64,000 bases of DNA from an uncultured Pirellulales bacterium. GTDB taxonomy: Bacteria; Planctomycetota; Planctomycetia; Pirellulales; S012-138. Position numbers and translations under genes: made by a program. Shown here one piece after another: positions 1 to 10,394 of this stretch (position 1 is its first letter; each line of letters opens with the position of its first letter). Below the pieces are notes generated by a model, which had not been told where the DNA came from, did not search any database, and saw only the letters and a list, made by a program, of their open reading frames with translations. The DNA lies in assembly GCA_964511065.1 (NCBI GenBank), contig CAZEEG010000008.1, forward strand, positions 16,091-80,090, in the 5' to 3' direction.

Positions 1-2992
1 GCGCAGCGATCGAGGTCGCGTCGCGATCCTGTTTGTCGACCCCTTGGCGGATCGTTTCGATGAGCTGCGGGGCGTCTTCACGATAGAAGCCGAACATATC
101 CGCCAGCAGGCCGCGATTGTTGCCCAATCGCGCCAGGGCGCGGTCGAGGTCGCAATGCACGCGCTCGGGAACCTCTAGCGGAGCCTCATCCAGTGATGGG
201 GGAGTCGCCTTGCTGTTCACCGTATCCTCCTTCGTGGGTGGTTCCGGTTCAGCCGTGCCGGGAATCGCCATTTCCGCCACCACGGGCGGTGCCGCGCGCT
301 CCTGGTTTCCGCACTTCTTGGGAGAAGGCTCCGAACCGTTCTCAGGTTGCTGCCTGATGCCGGCACGAAGCGCGGCCCCCGGCGTGCCCGCGGGCGGCAT
401 GCCATGCTTAGCGGGCCATTGTTGGCTATTTTCGTACAACTGGCCAGACGATCCAACCTTGGACGCCGCAGAGGGTTCCCCAGCGGGCGCATCGATCGGC
501 AAGGGTTCAATGGCCGCGGGTCCTGCCTCGTCCATCGACGCCGTTGGCCTTCTGCATGCCACGCTCTCCAGCAATTCGATCAGTTTATGGGCATCGATGG
601 GCTTGGCCAGGTAAGCGTTCATCCCGGCCGCCAGGCAGCGATAGCGGTCGCCCTTCATGGCGTGGGCTGTCATGGCGATGATCGGCACCGGGGGCCGATC
701 GTTTTGTTCTTCATCGGCCCGGATGATGGTGGTGGCTTTTAGCCCATCCATCTCCGGCATCTGCACGTCCATCAAGATGGCATCGAACGACTGCTGCTGC
801 ACGGCCTCGACGGCCTGCTGCCCATCGCTCGCCACGGTCACGCGATGCCCCCGCTTCTGCAGAATGGATCGGACCACGTGGCAGTTGGCCGGTGTGTCTT
901 CCGCCAGCAGCACGTGGAGCGGTGGGCACGATCGCGTATCGGCGGACAGTCGCCCGTGCTGCAAAGGCAGCGGCGGGACGCTCAGCGAAAAGCTGATGGC
1001 ATCGAGAAGGCTAGCCTCATCCCAGGGCTGTGGTAGGCAAGGAATCTGCCAGGCATTGCACCGCTGGCGATCATGGTCCGGCAGCGCGGCCAGCATCACC
1101 ACAGCCATGCCCGATAGCCGCGGATCACGTCGAATCTGCGCGGCCAGTTCGACCGCATCTACCTTTAGGATCGTGGGCCCAATCAACACCAGGCCAAATT
1201 CCGTTTCTCCTGCGCCAGGCCGCTGCGAAGATTGCTGCTGGGTACCAGGAGTCTCCGCAGAGTCAGCGGGGGTAGCTTCGGGCCACGTGGCCTGGCTGGA
1301 CCGGTTCGCCGCGGCCACGTCTCGGAGGATCTTGAGGGCCGTGTTGCCGCTGGTTTCCCAAGTCGTTTCCAATTGCCATTGCTGAAGCAAAGCCTCAAGC
1401 TGCTGCCGATCGGGGCTGTCTTCGCCCACCACCAACACTGGCAGGCCCTGTAGTTCTTCGGCCGAGAGGGCCGGCAGGGCATCGCCAGGGCCAGGTTCCG
1501 GCAGCCCGAACCGGGCGTCGAAATCGAATCGGCTGCCCTGGCCGAGCGTGCTTTGCAGTTCCAGACGGCCTCCGTGCATTCGGATCAGCTCTGAGGAAAT
1601 AGCCAGCCCGAGCCCTGTGCCGCCGTAGCGCCGCGTGGTGGATGTATCGACCTGTGTGAACGGTGCAAAGATGCGTTCCTGGTCGTCTTCGGAGATGCCA
1701 ATCCCCGTATCGATCACCGTAAAATGCAGGACGATTTCATCCGACGTTCTCGAGGCCACCGTAACGTCCAGGGCGACCTGTCCTTCGTTGGTGAACTTGA
1801 TCCCGTTGCCTACCAGATTAATGACCACCTGCCGCAACCGGTGGGCATCGCCGATCAACTCATCGGGCACGTCCCAAGCCACGTCGGCCGACAGTTCCAG
1901 GTTTTTCTCAGCCGCCTGCAAGGCCAGCGAGCGGAAGCTCTCATCGAGCAGCTCCCGCAGTCGAAACGGCGCCATTTCGAGTTCGAACCGGCCCGCCTCC
2001 ATCTTGGAGAAGTCGAGAATTTCGTTCACCAGCGACAGCAGCGACCTTCCCGACTCGTACGCGGTTTCGAGGTATTCGCGAACAGTTGGCGAAAGCTCTT
2101 CATCGAGGGCCAGTTGCGTCATGCCGAGGATGGCGTTCATCGGCGTGCGCAGTTCGTGGCTGATGTTGGCCAGGAAATCGCTCTTGAGCCGGTTGGCATG
2201 TTCTGCCTCGTCCTTGGCTTGTTGAAGTTCCGATTCCGTGGCCTTCTGCTCTGAAAGGTCGATGGCGAACGAGACCGTTTGGCCTTCGCTTTCCGATAGC
2301 AGCGCTGTACCGATGAGGACCGGTAGCCGAGTGCCGTCCTTGCGAATCAGTTCTTTTTCATACGGTTGACAGCGGCCCTCTTGGGCCAGTTCGACCGCCG
2401 CAGCCATCGTCACGTCGATAAATTCGCGCGGCGTGATCTCAGCCACATTCAATCGCCCCTGGCGGACGTCTGCCTCGTCGTACCCCAACAGCGACAGGAA
2501 CGACTGGTTGGCATCAAACACGCGGTCGTCTTCTTCACAAAAGAACACGCCAATGATGTTGGCCTCGACCAGTCGGCGGAATCGGGCTCGCGAGGAGCGC
2601 AGCGACCGGTCGGCCTCTTCGCGTTGCGCAATCGTGGCGGCCGTTTCGCGGCGGCTGTGTTCGGCCCGTTCCCGGGCACGGTGCAGAACGGCGACGAAGC
2701 CGAGAATCAGGCCGCCTTCGACCATGAACAACGTGGCACGTATCGCGCCTTCGGTCCTCCACGTCGGTTCATCGGCGGGGCCGAGAAAGAAGGTCAAACC
2801 GCCCGCCAACAGCAAGGTCACCAGGCCCGCCCGCCAATTGCCAAACCACGCGCTGACCATCACGGCCGCGACGAGAAACAGCAGTGGCGAACGCTCTTGT
2901 TCAACGATCGGATCAAGCAGGTGCTTGAGCCCTACGGTGATCAAGATGACGGCGACTGCGACCACGTAGGGCGTCGCTTGGGCAAATCGCAT
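1..2992 (-). CDS. Hybrid sensor histidine kinase (KdpD-like/DUF4118 TM N-terminus, PAS, HisKA, HATPase, two receiver domains, C-terminal Hpt). The C-terminus runs off the window start.
   Basis: Reverse-strand translation is open from ATG at 2992 (MRFAQATPYVVAVAVILITVGL...) to position 1. It contains the H-box ISHELRTPMNAIL, an HATPase G-box (GTGLGLAIS), a classical REC (HVLLAEDTPANCHVV...FDAILMDVQMPEMDG) and an Hpt-like tail. It is absent from the ORF track only because it is edge-truncated. Confidence 0.85.
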   Translation of the reverse strand, partial: MRFAQATPYVVAVAVILITVGLKHLLDPIVEQERSPLLFLVAAVMVSAWFGNWRAGLVTLLLAGGLTFFLGPADEPTWRTEGAIRATLFMVEGGLILGFVAVLHRARERAEHSRRETAATIAQREEADRSLRSSRARFRRLVEANIIGVFFCEEDDRVFDANQSFLSLLGYDEADVRQGRLNVAEITPREFIDVTMAAAVELAQEGRCQPYEKELIRKDGTRLPVLIGTALLSESEGQTVSFAIDLSEQKATESELQQAKDEAEHANRLKSDFLANISHELRTPMNAILGMTQLALDEELSPTVREYLETAYESGRSLLSLVNEILDFSKMEAGRFELEMAPFRLRELLDESFRSLALQAAEKNLELSADVAWDVPDELIGDAHRLRQVVINLVGNGIKFTNEGQVALDVTVASRTSDEIVLHFTVIDTGIGISEDDQERIFAPFTQVDTSTTRRYGGTGLGLAISSELIRMHGGRLELQSTLGQGSRFDFDARFGLPEPGPGDALPALSAEELQGLPVLVVGEDSPDRQQLEALLQQWQLETTWETSGNTALKILRDVAAANRSSQATWPEATPADSAETPGTQQQSSQRPGAGETEFGLVLIGPTILKVDAVELAAQIRRDPRLSGMAVVMLAALPDHDRQRCNAWQIPCLPQPWDEASLLDAISFSLSVPPLPLQHGRLSADTRSCPPLHVLLAEDTPANCHVVRSILQKRGHRVTVASDGQQAVEAVQQQSFDAILMDVQMPEMDGLKATTIIRADEEQNDRPPVPIIAMTAHAMKGDRYRCLAAGMNAYLAKPIDAHKLIELLESVACRRPTASMDEAGPAAIEPLPIDAPAGEPSAASKVGSSGQLYENSQQWPAKHGMPPAGTPGAALRAGIRQQPENGSEPSPKKCGNQERAAPPVVAEMAIPGTAEPEPPTKEDTVNSKATPPSLDEAPLEVPERVHCDLDRALARLGNNRGLLADMFGFYREDAPQLIETIRQGVDKQDRDATSIAA

Positions 2993-3778
2993 TGCAAATA
3001 GCTATTCGATTCGATCTTGCCGGCAGAATCACGTTAACGTCTACGGTGCAAAACCGCAGCAAGTGCGGTCGGCCACGTTGGGGGGGGGGCGTCCATCAAC
3101 GCCCTGCTGGGCAATCGCCCGTTTACGCGCGGCGACGATGCCCCAAGGTGTGCCCCTGCACGGGCGCGGGCAAATTCTATCATGCAAACCTATTGCCGAA
3201 ACGTAGTATAACCCGCCGACCATCCTGGGAGGTTCGTACCAGGCCCCCCGCGTTTGCGCCGGCGAGGGCTGCCGAAATGGCGCCCCCTCCCGGTGAAAAC
3301 TCGCGGAAAGAGCTAGCCAGCTAGCCCGGCCGCAAGCGTTGAAGGCCATGTTTCAACCGCAGGAATGCACGCGCGGGTGCTCTCCACTGGGGACCGCGGC
3401 GAAATGCGGGCCCACATGGCACGAGCCAAAGCGGGAAATGCGCCCCTGGTTCCTGCGAACGATCCCGAGAGAGCAATCGGGGAGGGAAACCGGCAACCGT
3501 CGTGGCCGTCGTTAGCACAAACCGCCCCTGACCTCCATGTGCTCGTCAAACAATCGCACGCCCTTTTCCACCTGGGTTCAGCGGAGATGCGCCTCACGAT
3601 TGCAAAATATTACGGTGCAACGTTTTAGAGTGGCACCGTTTAAGGTGACGCAGGCCGGAAGGTATTTCCGTTGGCTCACCTGACTCTCATACAGGGTAGG
3701 CTCCCCGGCGTGGTCTTGGCATAGGAGATTTTCTCCCTCTGGGATGGGGGGATTTCTAGCCGAGCGAGCGAACACCGA

Positions 3779-4780
3779 TCAGGTCGGCTGCACAGCGACC
3801 ACGGTCCGGCCCACGATCTTGCCCTGCCGAATGTCGGCTGCTGCCGCCGGTAGCTGCTCCAAGGCGATCTCGCGCGCCAGTTCGTCCAGGTGTCCCACCT
3901 TCCAATCCGACGCCAGGTGCTGCCATAGCTGCTGACGCAGCGGCATGGGGCATGTCGCCGAGTCAATGCCTGTCAGCGTCACGCCTCGCAGGATAAAGGG
4001 GTAAACGGTCAACGGCAGATCGGCTCCGGCAACCAGCCCACAGGCGGCCACGCATCCCCAGGGCTTAACGGCCTTGAGCAGGTTCGCCAGCGGCTGTCCG
4101 CCCACGGTGTCGATGGCGCCGGCCCAACGCCCCGAGAGCAGCGGGCGATCGGCACCTTCGCTGAGCACCTCGCGGCCCAGCACTTCGGCGGCCCCCCAAG
4201 CCTGCAGTTGGGCCTGTTGTGCACGCTTGCCGCTAACGGCCACGACGCGGTATCCCAGCCGGGCCAGGATCGCGACGGCCAAGGAGCCTACCCCGCCGGT
4301 GGCGCCGGTCACCAGCACGTCGCCCGAGGCGGGCAGAATTTCGTGCCGCTTGAGGAGCCATACGCCGAGAGCGGCCGTAAATCCGGCCGTGCCGTAGATC
4401 ATGCTTTCGCGCAAGGTAAGCCCCTGCGGCAGCGGCACAATCCAATCCCCTGGCACGCGGACCATACCGGCGTAGCCGCCCCACTGCCCTGCCCCCAGTT
4501 CATAGCTGGTCACAATGACTTGTTGCCCCGGCTGGAAGCGCGGATCGCTGCTTTCGGCCACGGTGCCGGCCGCATCGATGCCCGGCACGTGCGGCAGACG
4601 GCGCGCAACGCCCGGGTGCCCCTGCATTGCCAAGGCGTCTTTATAGTTGAGCGACGAATAAGCCACGCGGATCAGGACCTCGCCTGGCGGCAGATCCTCT
4701 ACACGGCGCTGGACGATCCCACTTGTCACATCGCCTGCTGCGTTCTTCTCAACTAACAAGCAGGGGAAGGTATCGGTCAT
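3779..4780 (-). CDS. YhdH/YhfP-family NADPH:quinone oxidoreductase (MDR superfamily, acrylyl-CoA reductase-like)
   Basis: ORF 3779..4834. The likely start is MTDTFPCLLVEK at 4780. It has the Rossmann motif VLVTGATGGVGSLAVAILARLG and a YhdH-like N-terminal domain. Confidence 0.8.
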   Translation of the reverse strand: MTDTFPCLLVEKNAAGDVTSGIVQRRVEDLPPGEVLIRVAYSSLNYKDALAMQGHPGVARRLPHVPGIDAAGTVAESSDPRFQPGQQVIVTSYELGAGQWGGYAGMVRVPGDWIVPLPQGLTLRESMIYGTAGFTAALGVWLLKRHEILPASGDVLVTGATGGVGSLAVAILARLGYRVVAVSGKRAQQAQLQAWGAAEVLGREVLSEGADRPLLSGRWAGAIDTVGGQPLANLLKAVKPWGCVAACGLVAGADLPLTVYPFILRGVTLTGIDSATCPMPLRQQLWQHLASDWKVGHLDELAREIALEQLPAAAADIRQGKIVGRTVVAVQPT

Positions 4781-4960
4781 GTCGGCATGCCTTACAGGTG
4801 GAAGGGAAAGACACGGCGACTCATTGTACGCCAAGCCGCGGGCATCGCGATGCAGGCCGCGGCGATGCGTGCGCTACGCCCTGCATGGGCCGGGGGCATG
4901 GCGTGAACGGTCCCGCGCGGTCGCCGCGGCCAAGTCCTGCGGGAAGCTGCCATCACAACG

Positions 4961-5641
4961 TCATGCCATGGACAAGTTGTGGCAGAAGGTAACGACAGCC
5001 TCGATCCCCTGCTGCCAGTTACCGGCCTCGGTTTCCCCCGACGCCTTGCGCGGCTTGAAGCTGTGGTCGCCATCGGGCAGCCAGTGAATGTGAATCTGCG
5101 GCGAAAGCCGATACTGGGCCACCTCGCCGCGATTGCCGAAGCTGTCGCGCTCGCCTTGAACGATCATCGTTGGCGTGGCGATCTGCTCCAGATGCGCGAT
5201 CCGTACACGCTCCGGCTTTCCGGCCGGATGAAAGGGATACCCCAAGCAGACCAGCCCCGAGATCGGCACCGCATCCGACGTGTGAAGGTCGCGTTCGGCG
5301 GCGATCAGGCTGGCGATTCGTCCGCCCATGGATTTACCGCCGATCACCAACCGTTGTTCGGGCCCCGCCAACGACCGGACCTGCTCAATCGCCCGGTGCC
5401 ACGTGTCGCGGAGCACTGGCTCGCGATCGGGCGGTCGGCAGCGGCCATCGGCACGCCGGGCCGACATGTAGGGAAACTCGAATCGCACGCAGCGGATTTC
5501 GCCCTTGGCCATCCCCTCGGCAAAGGCGTTCATGAACGGCGTATCCATGCCGGCACCGGCGCCGTGGGCCAGGATCAGGATGACCCGGGCATCACTGGGG
5601 CCATCGTACAGCATCTTCAGTGGCTGGTGCTGAGCCATCAT
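4961..5641 (-). CDS. Alpha/beta-fold hydrolase (COG3571/dienelactone-hydrolase-like)
   Basis: 226 aa. It contains ILILAHGAGAGMDTPFM and the nucleophile-elbow-like GGKSMGGRIAS. Confidence 0.65.
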   Translation of the reverse strand: MMAQHQPLKMLYDGPSDARVILILAHGAGAGMDTPFMNAFAEGMAKGEIRCVRFEFPYMSARRADGRCRPPDREPVLRDTWHRAIEQVRSLAGPEQRLVIGGKSMGGRIASLIAAERDLHTSDAVPISGLVCLGYPFHPAGKPERVRIAHLEQIATPTMIVQGERDSFGNRGEVAQYRLSPQIHIHWLPDGDHSFKPRKASGETEAGNWQQGIEAVVTFCHNLSMA

Positions 5642-5755
5642 GTGCGGGCCGCTTCGTTCACGTTTACAGTGCCGTGGACCCGGCCTCCAAGCCGCAGCCG
5701 GCGAGATTTCTGACCAGAACGACCAATGTCTCGGCCAGCACGGCCTGGTTCCCCT

Positions 5756-6463
5756 TTACACCGACTCGCGCCGCGACGTCGGCGCCGCCGCTATGGGATT
5801 AAACTCCAGTTCCTTTCCAAAGCTCACCGGCAAGTCGCGCTGGGCGCGAACGCGGGCCAGATATTGGTGCCGGGGGATTTCAATCGCCCCCATGCTGGCC
5901 GTGTGCGCCGAGAGTTGTTGAATATCGAGCGTGCGGAAACCTCGCGCTTGCAGGTGCCGCACCAAGGCGACCAAGGCCACCTTCGAAGCATCACGCATGA
6001 GGTGGAACATTGACTCAGCGCAGAACACGGCTCCCACGGCCACCCCGTAGGTGCCGCCAACCAATTGGCCGTCGTGCCACACCTCAACGCTATGGGCCAT
6101 GCCGTGGCGATGCAGCCGACAATAGGCATCGAGCATCTCACCGGTGATCCACGTATTGCCGGCGCGGCCGCCAGCGGTGCCGCATTCCACCATTACGCCC
6201 CCAAAGTCGCGGTCACACGACAACGTGAAGCGGCCGCTGCGGATCGTTCGCGCCAGCCGGCGACTGACGTACAGGTCGTCCAGTTCGAGCACCGCCCGGG
6301 GGTCGGGCGAGAACCACATCAAGTTCCGCCGGCCATGCGGCCACGGAAAAATGCCGTGGCGATAGGCATCGCGAAGCCACGAAACGGAAAGCTCGCCGCC
6401 CAGGTGAACCAAACCCAGCGGGTTGGCGCACTCGGCTGGGGGAAAATAGCGAGGCTGGTCCAT
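5756..6463 (-). CDS. aat: Leucyl/phenylalanyl-tRNA--protein transferase
   Basis: 235 aa. It carries the family hallmarks AYRHGIFPWP and WFSPDPRAVL, plus a GNAT-like C-terminus. Confidence 0.85.
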   Translation of the reverse strand: MDQPRYFPPAECANPLGLVHLGGELSVSWLRDAYRHGIFPWPHGRRNLMWFSPDPRAVLELDDLYVSRRLARTIRSGRFTLSCDRDFGGVMVECGTAGGRAGNTWITGEMLDAYCRLHRHGMAHSVEVWHDGQLVGGTYGVAVGAVFCAESMFHLMRDASKVALVALVRHLQARGFRTLDIQQLSAHTASMGAIEIPRHQYLARVRAQRDLPVSFGKELEFNPIAAAPTSRRESV

Positions 6464-6666
6464 GAGTCGACTGAAACCGAAAGGGGCAGTTGTGGACGCG
6501 CTAGGCTGGCAGCCCGGCCGATCAACACCCGATGCCGCCTGAGGGTATTTTATCGCCGGATCGGCAGGGCGTCATAAGCCCCGCCGCCAAAGTCATCGCG
6601 ACCGCAGGCGCTGCTATCACCCGATGCGATGATTTCGGCCCCCTCACCCGTCGTGGCGGTGACACC

Positions 6667-8232
6667 TCAATCGGCCTTATGGACCGGCTGGACAGCCGGC
6701 TTGAAGGTGTCCCGTTGAGCGGCCTTGGCCGCGGCCACTACCAGGCTGACCGTGGCGGGAGCGGGTATGGTTCCCGAACCGTTCGCCCCCTGTCCTTGTG
6801 GCATCACCATCTCTTGCTCCGGCGTACCCGACGCATCGGCATCGACCGCACGGCGCCGGGCCACTTCATCACCCGCATTCCGCGGCAGCCGGGCGAACAT
6901 CAAGGCAGAAACCGCCGTCAATGCGGCCACCACCAGGAACGCAGCCGAGAAGTCGATCAACTCGGGCCGCTGTCCACCGCGGAGGATCGACGAGGCCGTT
7001 AGCGTCATCGCCCCGATTCCCACCCCCACCGACAGCGAAAGCTGTTGCGCCATCGAAACCAGGCTGGTTGCGCGTCCCATCTGCCGCGCGTCCAGGTCGG
7101 CATACCCGATGATGTTGATCGCGGTGAACTCCAGCGAGCGGAAGAAGCCGCCGATCAGCAGCACCCCAAACATCACGATTCCCGGCGTGGCCGAGTTGAA
7201 CGTCAGGCACAGCGCGATCGAGGCGGCCGACAGCAGCGCATTCCACACCAGCACGTTGCGGAATCCTAGCCGGTTCAGGATTGGCTGGGCCGCGAACTTC
7301 ATCAACATCGCGCCGGCAGCCGCGGCGAACGTGATCAAGCCCGATGCCAGCGGCGAGCGACCAAATACGGTTTGCAGCATCAACGGCATTAAAAACGGCA
7401 ACGCCCCGATCCCGAACCGAAACAGCGAGCCTCCCAGCACGCTCGCCCGGAGCGTGGGAATCCGAAGCAGCGTCAGATCGAGCAGCGGGTTTGCACGGTT
7501 CCGGGCATGCGCCAGGTACAGCAGGCTGCCCAGCAGGCCCAGCCCCACCAGGGAGAGGTTCAGCCACGGTGGCAGCAGTCCATCGCCCACCGCTTCAAAC
7601 CCAAACACAATCCCCGCAATCGCCACCGAGCAGAGCACGAAACCCCGGGTATCGAACGGTGGAACATCGGGGTCGCGATAGTCTTCGATATAGCGGGTCG
7701 CCAGCGCGAATCCCACGACACCGATCGGCACATTGATGAGGAACACCCAGGGCCACGAGGCATAGGTCACGATGGCCCCGCCTAGCGGCGGTCCAACCAC
7801 CGGCCCCAGCAGTGCTGGCACGGCGACCCAGGTCATGGCCGCAACCAGGTTCGCCTTCGGCACCGCCCGCAGCAGCGCCAAGCGTGCCACCGGAACCATC
7901 ATCGCACCGCCGATGCCCTGGATCACGCGGGCAAGAATCATCATCTCAAGCGATCCGGCAGTCGCGCATGCAACCGAGGCCCCGGTGAAAATCAGGATCG
8001 CCAGGCGAAACACGGTCCGCGTGCCAAAGCGGTCGGCCATCCACCCGCTGATCGGCATGAAAATCGCCAGGCTCATCAGGTAGCTGGTCAGAACCAGGTG
8101 CAAGTGTACGGGCGACTTGCCGAAGGAGCGCGCAATCTGCGGTAACGCCGTCGCCAGGATCGTCGTCTCCAGGTTCTGCATGAACAGCGAGCAGGCGACG
8201 ATCAGGGCTACGATACGGTATCGGGAATGCAC
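6667..8232 (-). CDS. MFS transporter, DHA2 (EmrB/QacA-like, 14-TM) family
   Basis: 521 aa. It has about 14 hydrophobic segments and the MFS signature GWMADRFGTR near the N-terminus. Confidence 0.85.
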   Translation of the reverse strand: MHSRYRIVALIVACSLFMQNLETTILATALPQIARSFGKSPVHLHLVLTSYLMSLAIFMPISGWMADRFGTRTVFRLAILIFTGASVACATAGSLEMMILARVIQGIGGAMMVPVARLALLRAVPKANLVAAMTWVAVPALLGPVVGPPLGGAIVTYASWPWVFLINVPIGVVGFALATRYIEDYRDPDVPPFDTRGFVLCSVAIAGIVFGFEAVGDGLLPPWLNLSLVGLGLLGSLLYLAHARNRANPLLDLTLLRIPTLRASVLGGSLFRFGIGALPFLMPLMLQTVFGRSPLASGLITFAAAAGAMLMKFAAQPILNRLGFRNVLVWNALLSAASIALCLTFNSATPGIVMFGVLLIGGFFRSLEFTAINIIGYADLDARQMGRATSLVSMAQQLSLSVGVGIGAMTLTASSILRGGQRPELIDFSAAFLVVAALTAVSALMFARLPRNAGDEVARRRAVDADASGTPEQEMVMPQGQGANGSGTIPAPATVSLVVAAAKAAQRDTFKPAVQPVHKAD

Positions 8233-8605
8233 GGCGCGTCAGGATTGTGGTTGGGTGAGCGAGGAAGGGGGCAGAAATTGCCCAAGACCGGCGGGAGTGC
8301 AATCCATTGTATCCCGCCAGTGCTTCGAAGACGACCGGCAACGGACCTCAAAATCTGCATGTTTACCGCGATTTTACGGCCATGGGCGGCGTTCCTTGCC
8401 AGCAGCGGCGAGGCTGTATCCCGTTGCTGGCCCCGCCATCGCGTGACTGCTGGCTGCCGGCCCAACTTGGGCGCCGGGCGGCCAGGGAGCGGCCACCCTT
8501 TGCATTTTCGGCTCCGGCGGTACAGCGGCCGCACCGCTAAATACCTCAAGCGGTACGCCCGGATTGACCCCGTCAATTTAACAGCCGGGGGGCCAGCCCC
8601 ACCGA

Positions 8606-10345
8606 TTGGCACCATGCAGAAACTGGCTTGTGTACTGGTGCGGCGCTATAATGGACGCCAATCGCCTCTCACTCTCGTCTATTGAGGCTTGGGTTATGCA
8701 CGAGCAAGCTTGGGACGGCCTGAACGGCCACAGCGCAGGCAACGGCAGCGGCCCGTCGCAAGGCGGGCATGATCGCCCTGCTTCTTCGCCGGACTCGGAC
8801 CGCAGCAGTCGGATTCCCGCTGCCCTTGGCCATTCCCCGGCGCTCCCCAAGGGGTTGCCGGTCGCCGCCTCGCAGAGTTCCCTCGGCGACTCGCGACCGC
8901 AAGGCCATCGGGTACGCCAGAGCGATCCCGATCGTGCATGCGAGATGCTTGCCGCAGCGGCCACGTTTTCGCATCAAACGGCCGCCGCGCCAAGCTCAGT
9001 TTCGCAGGAGCGTCCTGCGCGCTGCCAGCAGGGCGTGCCGCACCCGGAGCATACCGGGTGGGATTCTTTGGAACTTGAGCCCAACCAGGACGAGCAGGCC
9101 GTGATGGACGGCACCCCCGATTCAGACACCGGTTCAGACGCCCATCCCGGGCAGGCCGCGGAAGATGCTGAACGGCGTGGCGATCCTCCCAAGCGATCGT
9201 CCCGCCGTCGCGCACGGTCGGAAACAACAGGTGCTGGCCGCGGTCTGCGCATCGCCTGGATGGCAATGATGGCGGTGCTGCTGCTGGCGCTGTTGCGGCT
9301 CAACATCGGAGCCATCGTGGAAGAAATCTGCTATGGCCTGGAACGCGGCAAGCAACGGGCCAAGTTAGAGGACGCCCGGGTGCAACTGGCCAAGCTGGAA
9401 GATACCTCCACGGCTTTCCGACTGATCGCCCGGAGCATCGGGCCGTGTGTCGTGCATATTGATACCTTGCGCGTGAACCAGACCGCCCGCCGCGACGGCG
9501 ACGACGGTTGGTCGCGGCGTCTGGAAGCCAGCGGCCAAGGTTCCGGAGTGATCGTCGATCCCGAAGGCTTTATCCTCACCAATCACCACGTGATTAAGGA
9601 TGCCACGGAGATCGTGGTTCGATTGAGCGACGGCCGCAACATCCGGGGGGCCAACGTGGTGGGCATCGACCCGCTGACCGACCTGGCCGTCATCAAGATC
9701 GATGCCCAAGGTTTGCAGGCTGCCCCCTGGGGCGACAGCGAAAGCCTCGAAGTCGGTGACTGGGTGGTGGCCGTAGGTAATCCCTTTGGGCTGGATCGCA
9801 GCGTGACCGCAGGGATTGTCAGTGCCAAGGGCCGGCGCAACGTCGTCCATAACATGCCGTACCAGAACTTCCTGCAGACCGATGCCGCCGTGAATCCCGG
9901 CAACAGTGGCGGCCCCCTGATTAACCTGCAAGGCGAAGTGGTCGGCATCAACACGGCGATCGTCGGCTCGTCGTTCCAAGGCGTGAGCTTTGCCATTCCC
10001 AGCACGATCGCCCGCGAGGTTTACACCCGGCTGCGCAGTGAAGGGCAGTTTGTCCGTGGCTGGCTGGGGGTCGCGTTGGAAGAAATCACCCTGCAACGGG
10101 CGGCCGAGCTGGGCGTGGAACCGCAGGGCGTGTTGGTGACCGATGTCGTCGGCGCACCTGCCCGGCAGGCCGGGCTGGAAGCTGGCGATATCGTGCTGAC
10201 ATGGAACGGCCAGAGCGTCAGTAGTCCAGCCGATCTAAGCTGGAAGGTCGCGGCAACCAACGCCGGTAGCCATGCGACCATCAGACTGAAGCGCGGGAAC
10301 GAAGAACTTGAACTGATCGTGCGCGTGGGCGAGCGGCGTCTGTAG
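8606..10345 (+). CDS. HtrA/DegP-family serine protease with PDZ domain. Long low-complexity N-terminal extension and TM anchor. Start codon uncertain (8606-8700).
   Basis: Trypsin-like core TNHHV...D...GNSGGPL. The PDZ region is GVLVTDVVGAPARQAGLEAGDIVL. A hydrophobic anchor MAMMAVLLLALL lies upstream of the protease domain. Confidence 0.85.
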   Translation: MAPCRNWLVYWCGAIMDANRLSLSSIEAWVMHEQAWDGLNGHSAGNGSGPSQGGHDRPASSPDSDRSSRIPAALGHSPALPKGLPVAASQSSLGDSRPQGHRVRQSDPDRACEMLAAAATFSHQTAAAPSSVSQERPARCQQGVPHPEHTGWDSLELEPNQDEQAVMDGTPDSDTGSDAHPGQAAEDAERRGDPPKRSSRRRARSETTGAGRGLRIAWMAMMAVLLLALLRLNIGAIVEEICYGLERGKQRAKLEDARVQLAKLEDTSTAFRLIARSIGPCVVHIDTLRVNQTARRDGDDGWSRRLEASGQGSGVIVDPEGFILTNHHVIKDATEIVVRLSDGRNIRGANVVGIDPLTDLAVIKIDAQGLQAAPWGDSESLEVGDWVVAVGNPFGLDRSVTAGIVSAKGRRNVVHNMPYQNFLQTDAAVNPGNSGGPLINLQGEVVGINTAIVGSSFQGVSFAIPSTIAREVYTRLRSEGQFVRGWLGVALEEITLQRAAELGVEPQGVLVTDVVGAPARQAGLEAGDIVLTWNGQSVSSPADLSWKVAATNAGSHATIRLKRGNEELELIVRVGERRL

Positions 10346-10394
10346 TCGTTCCGCAGGTACTTGGCGCAACCGGTACCCCGCAGGCAATTGCCGC

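Noticed and set aside
657-2254. Plus-strand ORFs 657..1385, 1635..2225 and 1724..2254
   Set aside because: All lie antisense to the edge-truncated hybrid histidine kinase, whose minus-strand frame contains H-box, HATPase, REC and Hpt motifs.
3082-3091. Considered whether the G10 tract or the nearby GCTAGCCAGCTAGCC duplication marks a mobile-element end
   Set aside because: There is no transposase, inverted repeat or target duplication nearby. It is treated only as a possible regulatory homopolymer.
6725-7681. 318-aa plus-strand ORF and other ORFs inside the MFS gene
   Set aside because: They are antisense to the 14-TM MFS transporter. They are A/S/P/R-rich artefacts.
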